Shown in pieces: positions 25,722 to 37,285 of a stretch of DNA of 64,000 nt. The notes beneath the pieces are model-generated. The model searched no databases. It was given only the letters and a program-made list of their open reading frames with translations, and was not told the DNA's origin. A program made the translations under genes and the position numbers. Source of the DNA: Monocercomonoides exilis PA203 (taxonomy: Eukaryota; Protista; Preaxostyla); the NCBI GenBank assembly GCA_001643675.2, contig LSRY02000046.1, forward strand, positions 62,001-126,000, in the 5' to 3' direction. Position 1 is the stretch's first letter; every line of letters begins with the position of its first letter.

Positions 25722-25761
25722 ACCCCCATGGGGTTCTATTTGAAATTTTTCTTTTATTGCC

Positions 25762-25850
25762 AACCCTAACCCTAAAAAAAATTTTGCTAAGAAAAACCTA
25801 AAAATTTTGGTCAAAACCCTTAAAAGAAGCACTCTGTGCAAACCCTATTA
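25762..25850 (+). repeat. Telomere-like / telo-box repeats (AACCCTAACCCTAA and degenerate AAACCCTA copies)
   Basis: aaccctaaccctaa at 25762-25775, aaaaacctaa at ~25793, aaaacccttaa at ~25813 and aaaccctat at ~25840. Confidence 0.55.
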
Positions 25851-25979
25851 CAAAAGAAACTGATATTAATTTAATAAATGATTTGATCTCTTTTTTAAAA
25901 TGCAATTTTCGTGAAAATAGAAATAGAAAAATACGATATGAATAAAATTCTTATCTTTAATAAGGACTGATTGAAAAGA

Positions 25980-27026
25980 TTATTGAAAAAAATCTTTTCT
26001 TGTTCGTTTTTCAGGGACGAAGTCACTTGCATCTTCTCCATCTCCTGCACCGAAACTTAAGCTTTCTTCCTCGCTTTCTTCTTTGCTTTCGTCTTCATCT
26101 GAATTCAAGTCTTCATCCTCACTTTCTGATTCGTCATACAAAGATTCAATTGTGCGAACGTATTCATCATCAGTGTAATCCTTTATTGCTTGCAGCAAAT
26201 CTTCCAAAGTTTTGTGGAGTATTTTTTGAAATATGAATCCTGCTAAATACTCCTCGATATATCCTTCCCTCACTCCATAAACTGGCATGTATCTTCGAAT
26301 CCTAGCCCACGTTCCTTCAATAAGATTTGTACATGCGTTTGTTTTTTTGTTTTTGTACGTTTTCGAATGATTAACAGTTAGATGAATATATCCATGCTTT
26401 GGAAGAGATCGATATCCTTTCCATTGATCTGACATAATCGTTGTTCCAGGAAGAACACTTCTTTTGATAAGTGGAATTAAAACACGTTCTGATCTGCTGT
26501 TAATAATGAAAACATTAAGTTTTCCTTCAGTTTCTTTTGTGCGTTCAATTAATCCAAACATCCATATCTGTTTTTTTCTCCTTCCTCTTTTATATTTTCT
26601 TCTCCTCCATATTGCTTCGTCAACTTCAACGATTTTCCCTTCGCCACCCATCATTCTTGGATGTTGAAGCAAAAACAACTCTGCAGATCTCCTGATCATT
26701 CTGTACCATTCAACAATTGTTTGATACGATATTCCAGTGAGTGTTTAAGACTGAAACTGAGACAATCCACAATTCCAAAACAGTATTAACATGAAACATG
26801 TTGATATACGTAACCGAGTTTTTTCAAAAATTGTTCCTTTTTTCACATTAACAGAAACTCTACAGCTTTTGCATCTGAATCTTCTGCAAGAAGAGTTGTC
26901 CCGTTGAAGTATCATTTTTTTCTTGCATGAACTGCACTCCATGAAAGATGGAAATATATCATGTTCAATAGCATATTTCCATGTTTTTTCATCATTCAAA
27001 AAGATCTCCAAAAGTTTACTTGTCAT
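25980..27026 (-). pseudogene. Merlin/ISXO2-like DDE transposase with one in-frame TAA (26747-26745)
   Basis: N-terminal zinc ribbon CSSC...CKSC, then in the same frame VEVDE, MSDQWKGY, TVNHS, TNLIEGTW and YLAGF, followed by an acidic tail. ORFs 26745-27026 and 25980-26699 share a frame. Confidence 0.9.
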
Positions 27027-27409
27027 TTTTAATGGTTCAGATCAATTGGTACCAGGACACTTGAATTATACCGAAAATTATTTGGCAAATGTTGATATGT
27101 GGATAAATATAATTGTTGGAATCATACAAACAAGAATATGAATTTATAATTGATATTGTTTCGTTAATTCGATGCGAAGATGTCATTGCGAAAAAATGTT
27201 TTTTTCTAAACTGAAGAAAGGATCATCTTTGAATTAAATCATAAATATGAGTTCAAAATTGATGGTTGAGTTGATCAATAAAGATATAATGTTTATTTTT
27301 GTCTGACAAAATTTCGAACGCAAATTGTCATGGAAATGAAAACATATCAGGCATGCTTTGATGTTTTGTCATGCTATTTCAAACTGTAAAAAAAAAGTGT
27401 TTTTGGTTG

Positions 27410-28796
27410 ATGGAGGCAAAATACAATAAAAGGGCACAAGATATATGGCACCCAGAAACATTTTTGAGTTTGGAAACGAATTCTTTTGAATTAGATATAT
27501 ATTTGGTTATTATATTTCAGATTTGCTTTCGCAACTGAATAATACTTCAGCGACGGAGCCAAAACGAATAATCAAGGAAATGAACAAATTGCTTGAAGAG
27601 ATGAATAACGATGAACTGAATGCAATATTTAACAGAGAAGTGTTTGACGAAATAGATTGCATGATTTCTGAAAAGAAGATTGCTTTGGAGAGTATGTTTT
27701 TATTATTGAAGCAAGTTGGTTACTGCAAAGAACTCAGAAAATGCTTCGTAAATGGCTTTGATGATTCTTTGTTGAGAAAAAGATTATAGAAGATAATAAG
27801 TGTTGAAAAAGAGAGAAAAGATAAAAAATACGAAACGACATTGATTGAACTCTGTGAATGTTACACATTTTTTCATGATTTTATTCATGACTTATCAAAT
27901 GAAACATCTTCTATTTGTATTCAGAATCTTTTAAAAAAAGCACAAGAGGAAGATGAAATGGCATCGATTGCATTGAGCACCATTGAAAATGACGTTGAAT
28001 GTTTCTTTTTTTAAAAAAAAATATTGAATTTATTGTTTTCTAATTCAATTTATAAATAGGAAGTGAATAAAGACTTGTACTTAAATGATATCTTAGAAAT
28101 CATCCAATATCACCAAAAGCATCGCAACCTCACTCGTCTTTCATATCAATCGATTTGGAGATTTATTATTTTCCGAATGAGCGAGAAAAGAGAATGGGAT
28201 GAAGTGATTGCTCACAAGCTTCATTTTGTGAGAGAGGCAACAAAAGAATTGGAAGTGCTGGCAAAGCTCGTTCATTGGAAGAAACGAGAAATTGAAACAA
28301 CTGAGATATGGCTGATAATTAGATGGTGTGAGATAATTGAAACATATTTTTTCCAAACAAAGATATGGGGAGAAGAAAACGTTGAATTAATTAAATCCAT
28401 TCAAAAGTTATATTTAATGTCAAAAGAAAATTTCAAAGAAATGTCAGATGAATGTGTTCTTCTTTGTGAAAGAATGACGCACGAAAAATCAGTTGATATT
28501 GGAGATTAATAAAAACAGGGGCAGTTGACGTAATGCTGGAAATTTTGCATCATTTAGATTCGAATGAAAACTTATTTTGCATTTGCATGGATTTCTTTCT
28601 AAATATGTCTCAAAGATTGAACGAAACGAAGAAAGATGAAAATGATAAAAGAAAAAGAATAATGACGAAAAGAATATTGTTTGAAAAGTTAGAAGAAGAA
28701 GGATATGAAGATATTGCTGTTGCACTCTGCAATTCGATTTGCGCAAATACATATTATTTCACCAAAAATGTCACGTTTTATTTTGTGATTTGTTGA
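27410..28796 (+). pseudogene. Pseudogene of a lineage-specific multicopy alpha-helical protein family ('KLEEEGYED' family)
   Basis: Paralogue of 59539-60984 with the same two-intron layout, HRNLTRLSYQSIW, HFVREA.KELE and KLEEEGYED. It has an in-frame TAG at 27787-27789 where the paralogue has Glu (KRLEK), and a frameshift at ~28507. Confidence 0.8.
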
Positions 28797-29204
28797 TTAC
28801 TGATAATTTTTTATTGTCATTTCCATTCGGGCATTTGTGATGAAAAATTGAAGGAACTATATTTTTGTTTTATCTCTCTGAAACTGAACATGAATTATTC
28901 TTTTTTTTGAACTGGAATGAACAATAATTTTTAAGTTTATGAATTGTGAAGGTGTTCTGTTTTGGTTAAATGAAAATTGATTTCAAAATATGTTCTTCAA
29001 TAAATTAACGAAGTTCAAAAAGTCAGAAAAATGAAAGTGTTGTTTTTTTCAACAACTGAATGATTTTTTCATCTTCATTTTAAAAATAAATAAGAAATTT
29101 TGAAATTTTTTCATAGATATTTTTTTAATAAATTATATTTCTTTTGTTGAATCTTGAAAATGTTTTGAAGATGATAATAAAACATTATTGCAATGAAAAA
29201 AAAA

Positions 29205-29282
29205 TTAAATAAAATAAAAAATGAAAAAAAAATATATAAATAAAAATAAAAATAAAACAAAACAAAACAAAATAAAATAAAC
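29205..29282 (+). repeat. A-rich simple repeats (AAAAT/AAAAC)
   Basis: Tandem aaaat and aaaac units. Confidence 0.5.
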
Positions 29283-30399
29283 CGATTAAAAATGAAAAGA
29301 AAAAGAAAGAAAGAAAATAAATTTGACTTTGCATTATTTATTTATTTATTTATTTATTTTCATTGAACGAAAATTTGTTTTTTGAAATTTGCTGAAATTC
29401 AAAAAAATATTTTTTCCCCATGCAATGAATTACTTGTTTTGAAAATGTTGAAGTGATATTAAAAAATTCTCTTTGAAACATGATAAAAATATGAGGTGAG
29501 AAAAGATAAAACCAAAACATTTTTGAAAAATCCATCAACACATTTTTTGTCTAAAAAAAGAAGAAAAGAATGAATGAAAAAAGGAAACAGGTGAATAAAA
29601 ATTCCTTGTCTTTTTTAAAATATTTCGCGATGATAATTATTGCAATGATTTTCAAAAAGGTTGTGTCCAGTTTTTCACGTTGAAATGAACGGTTTTTTTT
29701 ATCAACTTATGAAAAAATACTGTCAAATTGGTTGTTATCGTCTTATCTTGAACACCTTATTGTGAAAATCCAATTGAAATTCAATTCGAAGTCACAAAAC
29801 AAATAACTTAAAATTTGACGGATATTTCAAATGACTAATTTTGAAAAACGTTATTTATCAGTGAAAATTTTCATGAGTGCAGATTTCTTTCTGAAAGCAA
29901 AAAATTCAGTTATTTTAATAAATGGTTCAATTTTTGAAATTTCAACATTTTGTGGATGTTGATTTTTCAAAAATTTTAAATTTTTTCAAAGAAAAAAAAT
30001 TCAAAAAAGAAAAAGTCTGATAATAGTTTGGAAAACAAATGTTTAAACTATAATGAAGATTAAGTTATCTTTTATAAACTCTTTGACATTTCAGCGCACA
30101 TTAATTTATAAAAAAAACTTGTATTTTTGAACAAATTTTTTTTTATGAAAAAAAATACAATTCACAAAAATTCAAGAATGACGATATAATGAATTTGTTT
30201 CGATGAATTCTATCGAAATCATTTTTTTTTCACAGTCATTAAGTTGAATGTTAACTCACACATGTTCTTCAATTGAAGTTCATTAAAAATTCGTTGGATA
30301 TTGGAACTGGTATGTTTTCATTGAATGGATAAATAGAACCAATCGCAATCTCTTCATGATTGGAAGTGTTAAAAAAACAATTGAATTCAATAAATTTCA

Positions 30400-31662
30400 A
30401 TGAACAAGAAAATATGATAGATACTGAAGAAAAAAGCAAATGTGGATATTTCGAGAAATTGAAAGAAATGAAGATAAGAAAATAACAAAAAGAAAATTTA
30501 TTTTTATTGTTCCTGACCGAAGCGCCAAAGCACTTGTTCTAATAAAAATGTGGAAAAATATTTCACTTGTGGGAAAATACGAACTTTCAAGCATTTTTTG
30601 CACAAGGCATTGAAAAATTGCTTCGCTCAAAATTTTATTTTTCTTTTGAAGAATCCAGAATAAATTTGATTTTCATGTCCATAAACAGGCATCGTTGAAA
30701 TAAAAATAAAATGTATTGTGAAATTTCACGAACGTCAATAAATAAGACCATTTTTATTGTGTTTTTTGATATGAAAAAGTTAATGAAAAGTGCATAATTT
30801 TTCATTGACTTATTGAGAACTAAAAACATAATAAAAATGGGTCGATTTTTTATAATTCCTGAAATGACACAACTCCTGATGTTTTTATTTCAATGATGCC
30901 TGTTAAAAATATGAAAATCAACTTTATTTTGAAATCTGAGAAACTGAAACAAAGTTATGAGTGAAGAAATTTTTCTATGCATTGTGCAAAAAAGGCTTGA
31001 AAGTCCGTATTTTCACTCAAATCTCATATCCATCCAGGAACTGCAATAATGAGCGATGAATGGTGTGCGTACAGTGGATTGATGGATCATGGTTGCATTC
31101 ATCAAACAGTGAATCATTCAAAAAAATTTTGTGGATCCAATTACACAGGCATGCACAAATACAGTGGAAGGAATGTGGTCACATCTGAGATCTTTTTTTC
31201 CAAGACATGGCATAAGAGAGAAATATATTGGAGACTATCTTTCTTTTTGGATGGTTAAAAAAAACGGTGAAAGTTTCTTTTATGGATATTGTGGGATATA
31301 TCGTCTATGGAAGAGAAAATGAGAGAGAAATCATTGAAGAAGAAGATGAAATCGAAAATGATGTTCCTGATATAGACGACATAGATGATATTTCTGTTCC
31401 AGAAGATGACAATACTTCAAGCGATGATATTTCTGATGGAGTAAATGCATCAAATTGGAGCGAAGATTAATAAATTTTTTATTCATTTTTATCATGACCC
31501 AAAAAAATATTTTTTTATTGAATTTTTATTTTTCTTTTTTTTTTTCAAATCATCAATTTCCTATTCGTTAAACATGAAAATAATGAAATAACATGTGTAT
31601 TCAAAAAGTTTGATAATATTAAAAATGAAAAAATTTCACTTCGATATAAGTCCCATCTTGCC
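30400..31662 (+). mobile_element. Second, degenerate Merlin-family element, interrupted by a nested insertion
   Basis: 'QMWIFREIER...IVPDRSAKALVLI' (30438-30545) continues after the insertion as 'HIHPGTAIMSDEW...TVNHS' and 'ACTNTVEGMWSHLR...YLSF', with frameshifts and an acidic tail. A candidate right TIR ends at 31662 (reverse complement GGCAAGAT...). No left end recognised. Confidence 0.8.
30567..31020. mobile_element. Palindromic (foldback) MITE-like insertion, ~450 bp
   Basis: Imperfect inverted repeat along nearly its whole length: 30567-30636 vs 30951-31020, aacaggcatcgttgaaataaaaa vs tttttatttcaatgatgcctgtt, and gaccatttttattgtgtttt vs aaaacataataaaaatgggtc. The centre is near 30790. 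It splits a Merlin transposase. Exact ends are uncertain. Confidence 0.7.
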
Positions 31663-32401
31663 GCTTTTCTTAAATTCATATCATTAAGACAAAACTTTGA
31701 TAAAAAGTGGAAAAAAAGAATAACTTCAAAAAGGATCAACTATAAGATAAATCAAAAAGTTACGTTCACTTTGACTTTCTCACAAATTATCTTTAAAGTG
31801 CACAAATGCAAGTTGTATTTCATTTGTGAAATGGCAGCAAAAGAACATGAAATGCTTCTCTCGGACAACGCATCAATACAATCAATTTATGATTTTTGAA
31901 CAGAGTGATGAAGATTAAAAAAATTCACGTTGTCAAAATAGTTTGTGAAAAAAAAAAAAACTCCTCTTAGAAATAAAAGAAAAAATATTAATAAAAATTT
32001 AGAAAATTCAAATGCAAAAAGAATAAAGAAAGAGAAAAGAAAGAAAAAGAAGATTTCAATAGTTGGTAGTCTTCAGTTTATGGAAAATATAAAATTTGAG
32101 AAAATTGAAAGAATAATAAGAAATCTCTTTCACCGTTAAGAAAGATAACATTTCCAGATGAACAAGAAAGAATATAACAAAATAATCATAATGTCCAACA
32201 CTAACAATTTATTTGCTTTCTACATTTTTTTATAATCCCACTCTTCAAATTACCACAACTGACTCCTTTGAACGGTTATTGTTTAACCTACTCTTGTTGC
32301 TTCTTCCTTGATTCCCTCCTCTGAATAAAATGAATTTTGATAAAATTTAAAGACAATAAAAACAAAACAGCATTCATACTTATATATTTGCTGAAGAAAA
32401 T

Positions 32402-34604
32402 CTAAACGTAGTGTTTCAACCACGCGATGCATTCCTTATGCCACCTAACCGAGTTTTGCGGTCTTAACACCCAATGATTCTCTGATGGGAAGTATACAAG
32501 ACGAGATGGCACTCCTTTTCCCTGAAGCACATGGAAAAGTGATATGCCTTGCGATAGCGGCACACGAAAGTCAACTCCTCCGTGAATAACCAACATTGGC
32601 GTCTTGAAAGCACCACCAGTGTTAACCTCTTCTGCAGGGTTGTAATGCTTGTCCTTGTAGCCTTTTTCCCAGGGTGCACCTAGATGCTCAGACTCGAAAA
32701 AGTACAGCTCATCAGTCTCGTGATAAAACGATGGAAGGTCAAACAGCCCGTCATGGCAGATTATCGCCTTGTAGTCTGTGTTGTGCGTCTGCAGCCAGTT
32801 CATCATGTATCCTCCATACGACGCTCCCATAGCAGCTACTCTGTCTGGATCCAATAAATACGCTTTCTCCTTCAAAATAAACGCTTTCCCTTTGTTAATA
32901 TCTTCATGAGGCCACGATCCCCATCTTCCAATGATTGAGTCAGTGAATTCTTGACCGTATGAATCGCTACCGTGGAAGTTAGGTGCAAATATCGCATAAC
33001 CCTGGTGCACCAGCGTTTGAGGATTCCATCTATCGCTCCAATCGTCAGTCCACCCATTTTCTGGGCCACCATGGATGTACATAATTAACGGCCACTTTTG
33101 GGCTGATGGCTCTGCATTGTACACAGTCGAGTGAAGCGGCGGAATGAAGAAGCCATGTATCTGGTCGTTATTGGCCCCTTCGTACCACAGCTCTTGACAC
33201 GGAATGAGAGGATACAGCTTCTGGAACACTTCTTCATTAAAGAAGGTAAGTTGTGTAGCCTCTTTCTGACCAGCTTCTGCAATCTTCATAATGTACAGCT
33301 GAGGATCTTTATGGAAAAGAGACTTTCTGAACAATATCTCTTCCGTTGGAAGAACGAAAAAGCCTTCGCAGCAGCGCATATTCATTGAGCTAATCTGTTC
33401 CCCAGTGTTTGCATCAAAGAACACAACATCACTTGTACCCCTGATGCGAGATGATGCCATGATAACATCCTTCTTATGTACTGACCACTGGATGCTATCA
33501 ACAGAATATTCAAAGTCGTTGTTCAAAACATTGCGATTATCACCGTCCCTCGAATACTTTATGATCTGCTGTTGATCTGATTCACAATTTTCCTTTTTCG
33601 TTCCCTTGTAGATGATAAACTTCCAATCTTCCTCAGGTTCAAATACTGGGCATGTATTCATTGCATCTCCAGTGGAAATCAACTTTTCCTTCTTTGTTGT
33701 CAAATCAAACAAATAAACTTTCTTTTTTAAAGTCCAAGCTTGATCCTTTCCGGTTTGAGTTGTATATGCAATCCACTTACAATCTTGTGATATGTCGTAT
33801 TCTTCATTTCCACCTGGAAAAATTAAAATCAAAATAAGTACAAAATGGTCAAAGTTTAAAAATACTCTTTTTTGCAATTAATAATTCAAACCAAATGGCT
33901 CAGATGGGCAATGACCATTTTTGTCCGACATGATGTCAACAGGTTCTCCATCAAAGGTATAAACATAATCAGAGTTGGGATCAACTTTAATTGTCTGAGA
34001 GAACAAATGATTCCACTTTGTTGATTCCCAATCTCCCCAATGATATACAAATAATTCATCAAAAACCATTTTGTTGTACGGATATACTTTAGCATCAATT
34101 TCTGCGGTTTTCTGCATGGTTTCTCCCAAATAAACATAAGCTGAGAAAGCCAATAAGGTTCCTTTTGAGCCCCATTTATAGCTTCCAACATCGACTGGAA
34201 AAGTCATTGCTTTTGTATACGATTTCTTCTCAATATTGTAAAGGCAAAATGTACACTTGTTCTCAATTGTTGCCAAGAAAGAGATAATTTTGTTGCTTGG
34301 AGTCCACTGAAGATTGTTTATTGGAAAGCAGTCAAGCTCAAGTTTTTCTTGTTTAGCATCAAAAATATTGTGAAGGTATAATGAATGCGTATATTCGCCT
34401 GTTTCCAATGACAATTTGCGAGTGGTATAAGCAGCATACTACACAAAAATAAAGTTCAAAACAAATATAATTCTACAAAAAATAAACCTTTCCATCTGGG
34501 CTTACTGTAAATTCACGCAATTTTTCTAGTTGAACATTAACTTCAGCCGTAAAAATTCCAAGCTCGGCATTCAAGATCGGCAAAAGCACAAAAGCGAGGA
34601 ACAT
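32402..34604 (-). CDS. Secreted prolyl-oligopeptidase family S9C dipeptidyl peptidase (DPP-V-like); 2 introns
   Basis: Signal peptide MFLAFVLLPILNA, SPDGK beta-propeller start, IHGGP, GASYGG (Ser), HGGVDFRV (Asp) and ENHW (His). Confidence 0.92.
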
Positions 34605-34790
34605 TATAATCAAAACATGGTTATGATCAGTAAAATTTCAAAAACTCGCATAAAATACTTTTATGTGTATAATAAACTTGAAACATATTCTCTATTGAAT
34701 AAATTCACATATTGTCACAAAAATTTGTGATTTTTAGTATTGTATAACGATCATTGTGATCTATCCCCAAAACACTGTTCACTTCTTTTA

Positions 34791-35798
<1,008 letters not shown>

Positions 35799-36368
35799 AC
35801 ATTACATCTTATCATTTCATTCGTTAAGGGAAGTGATGCAAAGCTGAGAGAAAAAGAAAGAATAAGTCAGAGAAAAATTACATTGTTTACGCAGAATTTT
35901 GGTGGATGTTAAGCAAATGATTTTTTGAAAAGTTGCATTTTATGTTTAATATATTTTTTTGCGAGGAATAGTTGAAAATAGAAAGAAAGCTGCTTGTCTT
36001 ATGATTGTTTTCACTGAAATTGGAAGTACACTTTCAGATTCGTATTTCTCAATGATTTCATTTGGAGATAATTTGTTTGATATCCTTTCTTTGCTATTTT
36101 TACTATCACAACAACTTCATCACTTCCTTTGAAATATTCAAGTAATTTCTTTGATTTTTTCCCAGAACAATGTTTGGCACAATTTTCATAATAGCAACAT
36201 TCCATTACCACATATAAAATGTTAATTAAATAAAACATAATAAAAGATAAAAAGATAATAAAAACTATAAACTCACTCAAAAGAAGAAAACAAATGTATC
36301 TGCAAAGAAATGACAATGTGAAATGCGCTTTGATAAATAACTTAAAACTTCACAAAGCCTCACTATTT

Positions 36369-37091
36369 TTAACAACATCCATTTAACTTCTTTGCTCTCT
36401 TGTAAAACTGTTTACTCGAATCATTAAGAGCTGCTGACCTTTCCACCAAATCATCAATTTTTTCTCCTCGTTCAAGAACTTTATCTATATTTTCAACCAT
36501 GACAGCCTTAACTGCATCAATTTCCCTTTGAAGTCGGAGTATTCTGAAAAACATGAAAAATGATGCAAAACAAAAAAACAACAACATATTGTAAAGTTTC
36601 AACGTAACAAAATAAAATTGCTAAGATCACACTTGTCCGCTTCAGCTGGATTTTGCAGTCGCTTTATTTCAGAAGTTAGATCAATCGTAGCTGCCTTCTG
36701 AAGAAGTCCTAGCGAAGATGAAATTCCGCTTTGCGTCGGATAAGATACATCTGTAACTGTACATGCTGCTCTACCATCAGATTTTACAACCACATGAAAC
36801 ACATGTTGGATATCTGGATAATTTAATGAACGCATTCCTCCAGGTGCAACTTTTCCGCAAAGGACTCTAATTGCTTTTTTTAAATACATAAGAAATATTT
36901 TTAAAATACAAAAATAGGAAAACACGAAGACATTCATCCATACCCATTTGTATAAGTGATTTGCAGTTTTTCCGTTCAAAAAAAGGAATTGAAGAAAGGT
37001 CATATTCATCTTTTGTGATAATAACTTTAGATTCATCAACTATTCGTTCTGAAGCAGGACGAGTGCAAAGTGCAAGTCCAATAACCTTCAT
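36369..37091 (-). CDS. YKT6: Longin R-SNARE Ykt6 (2 introns)
   Basis: 'YDLSSIPFFER', 'VTDVSYP', 'QNPAEADK', 'IDKVLERGEKIDDLVERS...SKQFYKRAKKLNGCC*'. No transmembrane segment. An alternative in-frame ATG lies at 37127. Confidence 0.92.
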
Positions 37092-37285
37092 ATCCTTTAG
37101 TTTTTTAGTTCTTAGATCAATGCCCATATTGATACACTTTTATTTTTCTCTCTCTTCTGTCAAACAATATGTTGTCAGAATTATTTCCATTTTTTGTTGA
37201 AGTGATCAAATGAGCGATTTCACATGAAATTTGGTATATTTTTTCTTATGACCTATTATGGCTTTGAGATCATACTCCAAATTTG

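Larger units (their letters stand above)
25591..27072 (-). mobile_element. Merlin (IS1595/ISXO2-like) DNA transposon, full length 1482 bp
   Basis: 27-bp imperfect TIRs GGTAAGATTCAAGAGAGCTGGTACCAA / GGTATAATTCAAGTGTCCTGGTACCAA (22/27 identical). Perfect 8-bp TSD GAAAATTA at 25583-25590 and 27073-27080. Contains an ISXO2-like transposase. Confidence 0.95.
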
